Positions 18,833-28,017 of a stretch of 48,839 bases of DNA are shown here, in pieces. Within the stretch, counting starts at the first letter, position 1, and the number at the start of each line of letters is the position of its first letter. Source of the stretch: Candidatus Iainarchaeum sp. (GTDB lineage: Archaea > Iainarchaeota > Iainarchaeia > Iainarchaeales > JAFCCJ01); the NCBI GenBank assembly GCA_043816965.1, contig JBDRHK010000040.1, forward strand, positions 1-48,839, read 5' to 3'. A model generated the notes under the pieces. That model had not been told where the DNA came from. It saw only the letters and a program-made list of their open reading frames with translations, and did no database searches. The translations under genes and the position numbers were made by a program.

Positions 18833-20443
18833 CTAATTAGAAGTTGCTATTGGATTTGACGTTAGTAAAAAGCTTTCAGGGTCGCGGCCCAAAAGATAAT
18901 TAATATCCTCAACTTCTAAGCCAGTTTGTGTTATTATCCACATAGGGCGCTCTGAAACTAACTTATTAAGTTCATCAAATCTCGTTTGTAAACAAGTAAT
19001 TTTTTTGCCACTGGCCAGGATGTCCCTTTGGTCCTTAAGGCTCAAAATAGTGTGAAGGAAGTTAACTTGTTCAGTAATGCCAAATCTCCTTTCCTCCTGC
19101 AGGAACAAGAGTTCAGTTTTTGCAAACCTGAAGCCCCTTTCTTCCCTTGGAGTTATTTTCCCAGCTCTTGCTTTAATTTCAAAATTCCTGAGTTTCTCAA
19201 GAGTTCTTATATATGCAGTACGAATGTAATCGGGTTGCATAGAAGCAACATGGTTCAAAAATTTGCGGGGTATTGATTCTATCCCGGCATAATTAGATGG
19301 GTCGAATCTCTGATGCATTTTTCTATTTTTTAACTCATCTCGCCTCATCCTTCTACTAGACCTATGGGAACTGCCTCTCTTCCTTCTCCTTTCCATTTTA
19401 TTCTCTAAATAGTAACCGTGTGTCGTTATAATTTCATGGATGCTATCATGGCCCCTAGTATAAAACGTGTCATCCTTTCTGTCCTTGTGAGCATAAAAAA
19501 AGCTAACTAAGGGTTCTTTTCCTTTGCTCCCTCCCCTAACTGAAACTTCAACAACAAAATACGGAGATTTCTTTGCATCCCCTGGCAAACTGGCATAAAT
19601 CTCTTTAATGTCACCACGCCTTACTCCAAACCGCCAAGCAAGACTTTTCCTCAAATCCTTCCACCATTCAGGATACTTCCTTCTTACTTCAGGGGCAAAC
19701 TGCTTTTTCCCTAACCCACCCCTAACTTTTTGAGCTTCACTTGAGGTTAATCCATCAGTAAATTTCGAGTAGCCAGCTTTGCGCTCCATCGCGCCACTAT
19801 CTTTATATCTCCTGTCGCCTGTTTCTGCAGTAATGCTAGGAAAACCAAAAGACCGACTTTTATTAATAGTAGGTTCCTTTTCAGCCATCGTCTTTTTGTT
19901 TGCACCCTGCTCAAGGACATCTACCGCATTTTCTATAATGGTGTGTATATTATCACCCTTACTAACATGTAAAAATCCGGTTTGCATTCCGCGCTGTCCT
20001 GCCGCTGGCCTTAGTTCAGCTTCAACCATATACCCTGGCATTGATTGATTTCCTAAATTTTCTATCCTATAAACTTCCTTTATGTCCTGCACCCTTATAG
20101 GAATGTGCCTGGCAAGTTGGCCTCTTAGTTCAGCCCATACCATTTTTGCTCTAAGATTATTCTTTCTCTTGAAAACCGGGCTGCTCAAGAATTTTCTCAT
20201 TTCACTAATTTTTCTTGGAAATCCCTCCGGCCAATTAAGAATTCCTCCAAGATAAAAAAAACGTTCTCCACTTTGCACGTACTTACGGGATAGAACACCC
20301 CGTGTACCGGTAACCCTACGGTCACCTGTCTTTGATGAATCAGCTCCGCTGATCACCAGTCTATCAACATCCCCCTTTTTCATAAGCCGATCTAAATTCC
20401 TTAACTTGGTTTTTGGCACCTTGCTTAGATTCCTTAAGCTCAT
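18833..20443 (-). CDS. Hypothetical basic protein with a duplicated ~150-aa domain
   Basis: 536-aa open frame with a leaderless TATA promoter. Internal repeat TGDRR...W..LR..LA....R..DIKE.Y...D.IH.II. Confidence 0.7.
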   Translation of the reverse strand: MSLRNLSKVPKTKLRNLDRLMKKGDVDRLVISGADSSKTGDRRVTGTRGVLSRKYVQSGERFFYLGGILNWPEGFPRKISEMRKFLSSPVFKRKNNLRAKMVWAELRGQLARHIPIRVQDIKEVYRIENLGNQSMPGYMVEAELRPAAGQRGMQTGFLHVSKGDNIHTIIENAVDVLEQGANKKTMAEKEPTINKSRSFGFPSITAETGDRRYKDSGAMERKAGYSKFTDGLTSSEAQKVRGGLGKKQFAPEVRRKYPEWWKDLRKSLAWRFGVRRGDIKEIYASLPGDAKKSPYFVVEVSVRGGSKGKEPLVSFFYAHKDRKDDTFYTRGHDSIHEIITTHGYYLENKMERRRKRGSSHRSSRRMRRDELKNRKMHQRFDPSNYAGIESIPRKFLNHVASMQPDYIRTAYIRTLEKLRNFEIKARAGKITPREERGFRFAKTELLFLQEERRFGITEQVNFLHTILSLKDQRDILASGKKITCLQTRFDELNKLVSERPMWIITQTGLEVEDINYLLGRDPESFLLTSNPIATSN

Positions 20444-20541
20444 ACTGAAAATAATGGGCGAAAATGTTAAAAAGCTCTGGAAGATAACTAAGGGAATTAG
20501 ATCTCCCTCAAAGCATGCTTATCATTCCTCAAAGATTAGGT

Positions 20542-21396
20542 TTAGACTATCTTTATTTCAACTCTTTTTTCCCTTGACTTTTTCTCCAATGCGGCGAGTA
20601 CAAGTTTTTCTGGATCAACAGGCCACCTACCAGTATCAGGATACCATTTGGCTACCTCATCAAAAATCCTTTGTTTACTTATTTCCCTATTACTTGATGT
20701 TTCCCCCCAAAGATGAAGTCTGGTAATCAGTTCCTCAAACCGTTTCATATCTTTTTCAGCAATTTTTTCAGTGGGAAATAGTATTGTCCTCTTTTTAATG
20801 ATGTTTTCCTGCACCAATAATACGAGCCCTATAAACAGGTTTTCATCTTTGGAACTGTAATCAATCACGAAATACTTGGGTTTGTGCCCGGAACCAGTTA
20901 CTCTAATGAAAATACCTTCGACTGGAAAAAGCCTGCTTATATGCCCTTCCATTGGCGCAGGAGTAATCTCAATACTGTCCTCTTTCCTTATTTTTAGTCG
21001 CTTCCGCACACTCTCAAAAAGGTTATTTTCTTTTTGTATTTCTGCAAACTGTGGTCCGATGTAACCAACTACCTTCTTAGGATAGCCATCAAGATTCCTT
21101 TCAATCTCATCCAGTGGCTCTCTTTCTGCTCCTCTATTCCCGAGCATTTCAGCCTCAATAATTGTGAGAACGTGGTGTGAGGAAGGTAAAATAGGCCCTT
21201 CACCAAAACGATTCTTTTTGCTGAACCAATTCCTAAAGCGCCTTCCGGCAGGGCCTGTGTTTGATGTTCTTCTTTCCCCGTCCTTCTTCTTTTTCTTACG
21301 GGACTTTCTATTAAACAAGCTTTTGGCAGTTTGTATAATTCCTTTTCCAGGGATTATTCTTCCCGTCCTTGCTGGTGCTCGCACACTAACTCGCAT
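20542..21396 (-). CDS. Hypothetical basic protein
   Basis: Open frame. ATG 21396 chosen from TATA spacing. The upstream region is similar to that of the neighbouring 536-aa gene. Confidence 0.65.
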   Translation of the reverse strand: MRVSVRAPARTGRIIPGKGIIQTAKSLFNRKSRKKKKKDGERRTSNTGPAGRRFRNWFSKKNRFGEGPILPSSHHVLTIIEAEMLGNRGAEREPLDEIERNLDGYPKKVVGYIGPQFAEIQKENNLFESVRKRLKIRKEDSIEITPAPMEGHISRLFPVEGIFIRVTGSGHKPKYFVIDYSSKDENLFIGLVLLVQENIIKKRTILFPTEKIAEKDMKRFEELITRLHLWGETSSNREISKQRIFDEVAKWYPDTGRWPVDPEKLVLAALEKKSREKRVEIKIV

Positions 21397-21449
21397 ATCA
21401 AAAATCAGTGGCAAAACTGTTAAAAATGCTGGGAAGATTCTGAAAGTAA

Positions 21450-21728
21450 CTAATCCCCCTTATACCATTTTTCATACTGCTTGTGGTTTCCAACGAAGTG
21501 TATTTCTTTATGGTGTTTTTCTTCGTTCTGATAAAGTGCTATTCTATACTGACCAACTTCCTCAATAGCAGCTCTTGAAGCTTTCAGGCCGCGCGCCTGT
21601 AATGGTTGCTTCATCTGCTCAAATTTCTTAAGAATTCGCAGCTGTTCAGATTTATCAAATTTTTTAAAATGCTTGTCCCATCCCTTTTTGAACACAAGTT
21701 TCCAGGACCTCAGTTCCAAAGTACTCAC
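21450..21728 (-). CDS. RelE/ParE-family toxin
   Basis: WKLVF...DKHFKKFDK..RILKK, VGQYRI and FVGNH..YE motifs. The start overlaps the antitoxin stop. Confidence 0.82.
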   Translation of the reverse strand: MSTLELRSWKLVFKKGWDKHFKKFDKSEQLRILKKFEQMKQPLQARGLKASRAAIEEVGQYRIALYQNEEKHHKEIHFVGNHKQYEKWYKGD

Positions 21729-21973
21729 CCGTACTTGGCGAGAGCTTCTTCTTCACTTAGATACTTCTTCCCCTTTTTGGCCATTTCTTCCTTTTCTTTC
21801 ATGATTTTTCTTGCGACCAGTTCCTTCTCAAGGTCCTTAATTAGATTATATTCCCTGTTCAGGGCAAAAACACCCATCCTCAGGGCATCGGTCTTTGACC
21901 TGGCAAGGCCTAATTCAACAGCCTTCTCCAGGATAAGGTCAGGGGTTCCTTTAAACTCAAGAGTAGTTCGCAT
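21725..21973 (-). CDS. Ribbon-helix-helix antitoxin
   Basis: ILEKAVELGLARSKTDALRMG N-terminal domain and YLSEEEAL tail, with a GGTGA SD. Confidence 0.8.
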   Translation of the reverse strand: MRTTLEFKGTPDLILEKAVELGLARSKTDALRMGVFALNREYNLIKDLEKELVARKIMKEKEEMAKKGKKYLSEEEALAKYG

Positions 21974-22002
21974 AATGCATCACCTATGCATTATTTATGC
22001 AT
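21972..22002. promoter_or_regulatory. Putative antitoxin operator: three ATGCAT palindromes at 11-bp spacing
   Basis: ATGCAT at 21975, 21986 and 21997. The 9-bp inverted repeat ATAATGCAT/ATGCATTAT at 21972-21994 spans the SD. Confidence 0.6.
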
Positions 22003-22043
22003 CAAATGCTATAAAAAGATATGTTTTTTTCTTAGATGGGCAC

Positions 22044-23324
22044 TCATTCCCACTTAACTTTCAAAAAATGCGTTGCGCAGCTGATGCAGGGATCATAGGC
22101 GCGGATTAGTTTTTCTAACTCGAGTTCGATTTTTGGTTTTGGGAGTTTGAGCAGTTGGGGGGCGTAAACCCTTATGTCTTCCTCGATGTTGTGGTTGTTT
22201 TGGTTGGTGGGGACTACAATGCTGGCATCTGTTACGCGGCCTTGGGAATTGAGAGTGTACTGGTGGTAAAGGGTTCCGCGCGGGGCTTCTGTAACTCCAA
22301 CCCCTGTTCCTGCGCGCACCTTAAATTTCACCGGCTTTTCATTACTTAAGCGGGTGCGCAGTTCATCAATAATTTCCTGCGAGGCAAGGATGCTCTGGAG
22401 GATTTCCAAAGCCTGGGAAATGTTGTTGTAGAACGGGGATTCGTTAGGGAATTTTAGTTTGAATTCCTTAATTTTGTTTTTAACTTCCTGTTTCATTGTG
22501 CTCCCATTTAAATTAATCCTCGCAAGAGCCCCAACCATATATTCCTTCCCGGCAAATTTCGCAGATTTTGCTGTTGAATAGGGGACAACAAATTCCTTCA
22601 AATGTTTCAGATAATCATTCTCAGCAACATAAATGCCATTGCTGCTTGCAATTGTTCCGCAAAGGAAGCAATAATCAGTCCCGACCAAAGCAACATATTC
22701 TGTTTTTCTCTCGAATTTTGGGAGGTATTTGGAGAATAGGGCTATGCACTCATTTGCGTCCTTTTTACCCTTTTCAAGCAAATCATGCAAATAATCCAGT
22801 TCCTCCATTGTGGGGAGCTTGGAAAACCCCCCTACCCTCAAGCGGAGTGTATGATAGGCCCTCCCTCCTGCAAGGCGCAGAATCTCAGTTCCCACCTTTT
22901 TCAGCCTCAAACCCTGATGAATCAGTTCATGCTGGGATTTGTTGAATTCAAGGACTGATTCCTTACCCAAATAGTCGGGAAGTACAAGCATGTAAAGATG
23001 GAGGGCGTGGCTTTTCAAATTCATCCCGTGATAGAGTAATTCTCTCAATAAACCAGTCTGGATGGAATTTTCCACCTTAAACACTTTCTCAAATGCCTCA
23101 AATGCGGTAACAATATGAGCTGTGCTGCAGAAACCGCAAATCCTTCCAACCATTGAGGGTACATCCTCATAGCTTTTCCCCAAAACCATCTTCTCAAAAA
23201 AGCGGTTGTTCTCGGAAACTATGAACTGGACATTCTGAACTTTATTATTTCTCACTTTTAAATTCAGGTGGGCGTGGCCCTCAATTTTTGTTATGTTGTT
23301 CAGTGAAATGTCGCAGCTATGCAT
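22044..23324 (-). CDS. hydA: Group 3b [NiFe]-hydrogenase large (alpha) subunit
   Basis: TKIEGH, L1 motif RICGFC, EAPRG, L2 motif RAYDPCISCATH followed by a 7-aa extension. The start MHSC overlaps the upstream gene. Confidence 0.95.
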   Translation of the reverse strand: MHSCDISLNNITKIEGHAHLNLKVRNNKVQNVQFIVSENNRFFEKMVLGKSYEDVPSMVGRICGFCSTAHIVTAFEAFEKVFKVENSIQTGLLRELLYHGMNLKSHALHLYMLVLPDYLGKESVLEFNKSQHELIHQGLRLKKVGTEILRLAGGRAYHTLRLRVGGFSKLPTMEELDYLHDLLEKGKKDANECIALFSKYLPKFERKTEYVALVGTDYCFLCGTIASSNGIYVAENDYLKHLKEFVVPYSTAKSAKFAGKEYMVGALARINLNGSTMKQEVKNKIKEFKLKFPNESPFYNNISQALEILQSILASQEIIDELRTRLSNEKPVKFKVRAGTGVGVTEAPRGTLYHQYTLNSQGRVTDASIVVPTNQNNHNIEEDIRVYAPQLLKLPKPKIELELEKLIRAYDPCISCATHFLKVKWE

Positions 23325-24069
23325 CCTTTTTCCCCCTTGTTCCCCATGAGTAAAAACTGTCAAGGAGAATTTTCAAATCATTCTCATTCATTCCTGTTCT
23401 CCTAATTCTTTCGATGGTGGTTTTGAAATTTCCATCAGGCCGGAATCCTCTGCAGCCATTGCACATGAATCCCTCATTAATGCAGACAGAATTGCAGCCG
23501 CCGAAAGTGATTGGCCCCAGGCAGGCAAGGTTTTTTTTAAACCTGCACAAATTCTCATTATGCTTGCATTCAACACAAACAGGGACATCTACATCCTTTG
23601 GGGTTATTCCCCTCACAATCTGGTTCATCACATAAACAAATTCAGGGGCATTTATCGGGCATCCTTTGAGGCTGTAGTCCACTTTCACAACATCTGCAAC
23701 CTTATGGACATTTTCCAAATGATGCTTTTTCATCTGGCCCCTTATCTTTTTCTTAATTGATGGGGAAATATTGTTCCTTACCCCTGGAACCCCGCCTGTA
23801 ACCGCGCAGGCGCCAATCGCCATCAGGAATTTTGCATTCTTCCTAATCTCAAGCAGTTCCTTTTTTTCCTCTGCGGAAATTATGCTTCCCTCAACAATCG
23901 CAATATCTGTTTCAGGGAATTCCCCTCCCTTTTTCCCGATAAGGCGGGAATTGACAAGATTGATTTCCCTGAATAAATCAAAGAGCTCTCCCTCCATCTG
24001 GAACATTTCCAGCTGGCAGCCCTCACAGCAGCTGAATGAGAAAATCCCAACCCTTAATTTCTTTGCCAT
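23317..24069 (-). CDS. hydD: Group 3b [NiFe]-hydrogenase small (delta) subunit
   Basis: SCCEGC, IGACAVTGG, GCP, VCVEC, CLGP..GGC, CNGCRG. Likely start is MAKKLRV at 24069. Confidence 0.93.
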   Translation of the reverse strand: MAKKLRVGIFSFSCCEGCQLEMFQMEGELFDLFREINLVNSRLIGKKGGEFPETDIAIVEGSIISAEEKKELLEIRKNAKFLMAIGACAVTGGVPGVRNNISPSIKKKIRGQMKKHHLENVHKVADVVKVDYSLKGCPINAPEFVYVMNQIVRGITPKDVDVPVCVECKHNENLCRFKKNLACLGPITFGGCNSVCINEGFMCNGCRGFRPDGNFKTTIERIRRTGMNENDLKILLDSFYSWGTRGKKDA

Positions 24070-24902
24070 TATTTCTCCCTCGGTAATTCTTTCAATTCTT
24101 TTGCGCTGAGCACAGGCCCCTGTATGCACATATAGCTCTTCCCAATATTGCAGTGCCCGCATTTTCCAACTCCGCAGTGCATTAGCCTTTCCATTGAAAT
24201 AAAAATATCCTCGTCCTTAATTCCTTTTTTGTTAAGCTTTGCGATTGCGGTGTCAATCATAACAGGAGGGCCGCAAACCATTGCAACAGTGTTTTTCGCG
24301 GGGAATTTGGTTTTTGTAATTAAGTCAGTGACAAAGCCGTCATGGCATGCCCATCCCTTGCTTTTTTTGTCGGTTGCGAGCTGGACATTGAGCTCTTTCC
24401 CTTTCTGCCATTTTTTCAGATCATTTTTGAACAAAAATTCCTCAGGGCTCCTTGCCCCATAAAAGAGATATAAATCCCCGAAATGCTCCCTTTTCTGCAA
24501 TAATCCCCTCAGGCCTGAACCAACAGGGGCAAAGCCGCATCCCCCGGCAACAACAACCACATTCTTCCTCCTGAACCTGTTGAGCGGATATCCCTTGCCA
24601 AATGGGCCCCTGATTCCAATGAACTGCCCTTTCTTGAGCTGGTGCATTGCATGGGTTATTTTCCCGACATCCATAACTGTAAGGTCAAAGGAATCTGTTT
24701 TGTATGGGGAGCTGGAAATTGAGATTGGCATCTCCCCATAGCCGAAAACACTCACCTCAACAAACTTTCCTGGGAGGAAGAAGAATTTTTTCTGCAAATT
24801 TTTGTCCTTATACTGAACGGCGAAGGTTTTTGTGTTCGGGGATTCCTCTGTGACCTTTGTTATCACCGCCAATTCAGGCCTGAATTCATTGTTTAGGTCC
24901 AT
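24069..24902 (-). CDS. hydG: Group 3b hydrogenase gamma subunit (FAD/NAD(P)-binding, 2Fe-2S)
   Basis: GEMPISISS, GIRGPFG, AGGCG, CGPP, ERLMHCGVGKCGHC..C..GP. Confidence 0.93.
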   Translation of the reverse strand: MDLNNEFRPELAVITKVTEESPNTKTFAVQYKDKNLQKKFFFLPGKFVEVSVFGYGEMPISISSSPYKTDSFDLTVMDVGKITHAMHQLKKGQFIGIRGPFGKGYPLNRFRRKNVVVVAGGCGFAPVGSGLRGLLQKREHFGDLYLFYGARSPEEFLFKNDLKKWQKGKELNVQLATDKKSKGWACHDGFVTDLITKTKFPAKNTVAMVCGPPVMIDTAIAKLNKKGIKDEDIFISMERLMHCGVGKCGHCNIGKSYMCIQGPVLSAKELKELPREK

Positions 24903-24903
24903 C

Positions 24904-25890
24904 TTATTTCCCCCTAATCTCCCCTAAAATTTCAGTAAGGTCAATTCCCACAGGGCATTCACTGATGCAGCGCCCGCAGCCAATGCAGGAAATCATCCCA
25001 TGGTCCTGCAAAGTGTAATTGAATTTGTGAAGGATGAATTGGCGCAGGCGTGAACTTCTCTCCCTGCGGAAAACATGGTTTCCAGCAACCTCTGTAAAGC
25101 GCGGGAGATGGCAGTAATCCAGTTCCCTCCCCCTTAAACTTTTGCTTTTGCCGAAAGGAATTGATTCAGTTATGAGGAAGCAATTGCATGTCGGGCAGGA
25201 TGCAGTGCACTGGGCGCAACTTAAGCATCTTTCCCCCATTTTTTCCCAAATTTTGTGGTCAAATTTCTTGTCCGTTAATTCAGCAATGTCTTTAGTGTTA
25301 ACTTTCTTTTTGCAGTTTAGTTTGATTTTAGGTTTCAGGGAGCTGGTTTTCCTGAAAAGCCGCGAGATTAAATCCTCGCCCTTTCCCTTAACATCAATCC
25401 AGTAATTCTTTCCTAAAGGGACAAAAAGCATATCATAATTCTCGGCTGTGTTTGTCCCAAGAGAAGTGCAGAAGCAATTCTTACCTGCACGGGTACATTC
25501 CAGCCCTATCAGGTAGGAATTTTTTCTCCTTTCACCATAAAAATTATCCTTGCCGAAAAATTCAAGGAGAAGATGGTCAAGGTATTTTACTGCGTTTAAA
25601 TCACAGGGGCGAATTCCAAAAACAATTCTCTTCTTTTTATCAATCAGGTCCTTAATTCCAACACTGTTTTTTTTAAGATCGAATTCGAAAAGATCTTCCC
25701 TGTGGGGAATAAAGAATTTTTTAGGGGAAAATGTGGTGTTGGATTCGAGAAAAAGTTCCCCTTCAGAAAGTTTTCCAAAGGAAGTGGAGCCGCCCTGTTT
25801 CATTAGCGGGGCAAAAAGCTCGGCGCCTTTCCTTTTCCCAATTTCCTCAAGGTATTTCCCGAGGTCTTTTTTGGGAAGGATAAACTGCAT
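24904..25890 (-). CDS. hydB: Group 3b hydrogenase beta subunit (4Fe-4S)
   Basis: GIRPCD, CFCTS, CLSCAQCTASCPTCNC and CIGCGRCISECP. Confidence 0.92.
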   Translation of the reverse strand: MQFILPKKDLGKYLEEIGKRKGAELFAPLMKQGGSTSFGKLSEGELFLESNTTFSPKKFFIPHREDLFEFDLKKNSVGIKDLIDKKKRIVFGIRPCDLNAVKYLDHLLLEFFGKDNFYGERRKNSYLIGLECTRAGKNCFCTSLGTNTAENYDMLFVPLGKNYWIDVKGKGEDLISRLFRKTSSLKPKIKLNCKKKVNTKDIAELTDKKFDHKIWEKMGERCLSCAQCTASCPTCNCFLITESIPFGKSKSLRGRELDYCHLPRFTEVAGNHVFRRERSSRLRQFILHKFNYTLQDHGMISCIGCGRCISECPVGIDLTEILGEIRGK

Positions 25891-27090
25891 TCAACCACTT
25901 TCAAGAACTTCCAAGCCAGGCAATTTCTTTCCTGAGAGATACTGCAAAAGGGCCTTTCCTGCAAGGCTTACATGGTCAAAATCACTTGGCTCAAGGCCAA
26001 TCATCTTTAGCGCCTTCTCAGTGTCCCCTCCCCCCAATATGGAAAAGGTCCTGTTAAAGGCGATGCACTCCAAAATCTTTTTTGTCCCCAGCCTGAATTT
26101 TGAATCCTCATACATCCCCATAGGCCCGTTGAAAATGGTGAGTTCAGATTCCTTAATCCTGTCCTTAAACATCTCAATAGTGTCCCAACCTATATCAAAA
26201 GTGTCAAATTCAGAGGGCAATTCTCCAACCTTTACCTCCTTTCTCCTATTGTTTCCATTCAAAACCGCAAGGTCTATAGGCAGGGTAATCTTGTCCCCAT
26301 GGGTAGACAAAATATCTTTTATCTCAGGAATTAACTCTAATAAGCCCTTTTCCTCGAAGAAAGCCTCCTTTTTTCCTAATTTGACGCCTTTTGCTATAAG
26401 AAAAAGCTCCCCAAACATCCCTCCAACACATGCCTGGCTGGCCATTTTCTGGTCAAGCATAGTTTTAAGCAGGGGGATTGAATCCTCGACTTTTGCCCCT
26501 CCCAAAACCAGGAGTTTGTGATCCTTAATTTCCTTGAGTTTTGCAAGTGCGTCAAGGTCCTTTTTCAGGCAGGGCCCTACAAAACAGGGCATGTAGGCCG
26601 CAAAACCGGTAACAGATGCCTGGCTTCTGTGGCATACAGAGAGGGCGTCCTGAACATACATATCCCCCAAAGGGGCGAGTCCCTTTATGTACCTGTCCTT
26701 TGCATGCTCTTCAGGGGTTTTTTTCTCCAATTCCTCTGGCTGCATTCTAACATTTTCAAGGAGAATCACTTCCCCATCATTCAATTTCTTAATCTCTTCT
26801 ACATAATTATCTTCCCATCTGAAAAATTTAACATCCTTCCCTATCAGTTTCTTAATCAGGCTTGCATGCCTGTCCATGGAAACAAAATTATGGTCTCCTG
26901 GCCTTCCCTGATGCGAGAGAACAACAGTTTTTGCCCCCTCTTCAGAAAGAAAATAGATGGTTTTTGCGTGCTCCCTTATCCTCGGGGAAAGTACAACACG
27001 CCCCTCAATCAGGGATGAATTGAGGTCTGCCCTGAGGAAGATGGTCTTCCCTTTGAGGTTCTTCTCGTCGTAAATTGTTTTCATGGTCAT
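25891..27090 (-). CDS. pgk: Phosphoglycerate kinase
   Basis: RADLN, SHQGRPG, LLENVR, HRSQAS, LGGAK, FNGPMG.YE, GGGDT, LPG motifs. Confidence 0.95.
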   Translation of the reverse strand: MTMKTIYDEKNLKGKTIFLRADLNSSLIEGRVVLSPRIREHAKTIYFLSEEGAKTVVLSHQGRPGDHNFVSMDRHASLIKKLIGKDVKFFRWEDNYVEEIKKLNDGEVILLENVRMQPEELEKKTPEEHAKDRYIKGLAPLGDMYVQDALSVCHRSQASVTGFAAYMPCFVGPCLKKDLDALAKLKEIKDHKLLVLGGAKVEDSIPLLKTMLDQKMASQACVGGMFGELFLIAKGVKLGKKEAFFEEKGLLELIPEIKDILSTHGDKITLPIDLAVLNGNNRRKEVKVGELPSEFDTFDIGWDTIEMFKDRIKESELTIFNGPMGMYEDSKFRLGTKKILECIAFNRTFSILGGGDTEKALKMIGLEPSDFDHVSLAGKALLQYLSGKKLPGLEVLESG

Positions 27091-27201
27091 TGGCTCACCT
27101 ACCTTTTTAGGGCCGTAAAAAGTAAACTCATAAATAATAAATAACTAACCTTCTGCAGTTAAATTAATAAGTATTCAATACCCTGATTTTAAGTGGTTTA
27201 A

Positions 27202-27948
27202 ATGATTGATCTTTATAAAAGTGGACTTCCTCTGAAGATGGATGGGGTAAATCTTGTTTTTGGGGATGGTTTGGACAAGGTAGGCCCTGATGCGAGGGCA
27301 CTGGACTGGATGAAAAAGGTGGTAATGGATTCCTCTCTCAATGAGCCGAAAGAATTCTACTATATGTACAGGGCAATTTCTAAGGACGAGGATAGGGAAA
27401 AATTTGGGGAGTATGAAATCAGATATGATATTACTATAATTCCCCCCCTTAGGCTTGGGAAAGAATTCAACAAAACTTTCGGGCACTACCATCCAAAACC
27501 TGAAGGGAGTGATTATTCCTATCCTGAGGTTTATGAGGTTCTTCATGGAAAGGCGCACTATCTTTTGCAGAATGAGAAGGATGTTGTTCTTGTTGAAGCC
27601 AGTGCAGGGGACAAGGCAGTAATGTTCCCCAACTACGGGCATATCACAATTAATCCAGGGAAGGATGTTTTGGTGATGGCAAATTTGGTTTGCTCAGAAT
27701 TCAGGTCACTTTACGGGGATATTGGGGAGAAGCATGGCGGAATGTACTATGAAACTTTGGATGGCTGGGTGAAAAATAAAAATTATGGGGCTGTTCCTGA
27801 AATGCGGAAAATGACCGCGAAAAAAGTTCCTGAATTCGGGATTACTGAAAAATCACTTTATGAAAGTTTTGTGAAAACGCCTGAATTGTTTGACTGGTTA
27901 AGGCATCCTGCAAAATACATGGATGCCTTTGTGGATTTGATGAAATAA
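27202..27948 (+). CDS. Cupin-type (archaeal) glucose-6-phosphate isomerase family protein
   Basis: YMYR, RYDITIIPP, KTFGHYHP, YPEVYEVL.G, YGHITINPG cupin metal motifs. Confidence 0.85.
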   Translation: MIDLYKSGLPLKMDGVNLVFGDGLDKVGPDARALDWMKKVVMDSSLNEPKEFYYMYRAISKDEDREKFGEYEIRYDITIIPPLRLGKEFNKTFGHYHPKPEGSDYSYPEVYEVLHGKAHYLLQNEKDVVLVEASAGDKAVMFPNYGHITINPGKDVLVMANLVCSEFRSLYGDIGEKHGGMYYETLDGWVKNKNYGAVPEMRKMTAKKVPEFGITEKSLYESFVKTPELFDWLRHPAKYMDAFVDLMK

Positions 27949-27965
27949 CTAACTCCTGCTTTCCA

Positions 27966-28017
27966 AATCATTCTTCAGGTATTTCCCGAATCATTCTTCA
28001 GGTATTTCCCGAATCAT
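27966..28017. repeat. Perfect 23-bp tandem duplication (x2.3)
   Basis: AATCATTCTTCAGGTATTTCCCG at 27966 and 27989, then a partial AATCAT, between convergent genes. Confidence 0.9.

Noticed and set aside
23325..24162. Longer starts for hydA (23363) and hydD (24162) given in the ORF track
   Set aside because: They overlap the upstream genes extensively. ATG 23324 and ATG 24069 give coupled junctions and family-typical N-termini.
27966..28017. CRISPR array
   Set aside because: The copies are directly adjacent with no spacers, and no cas genes are in the window.
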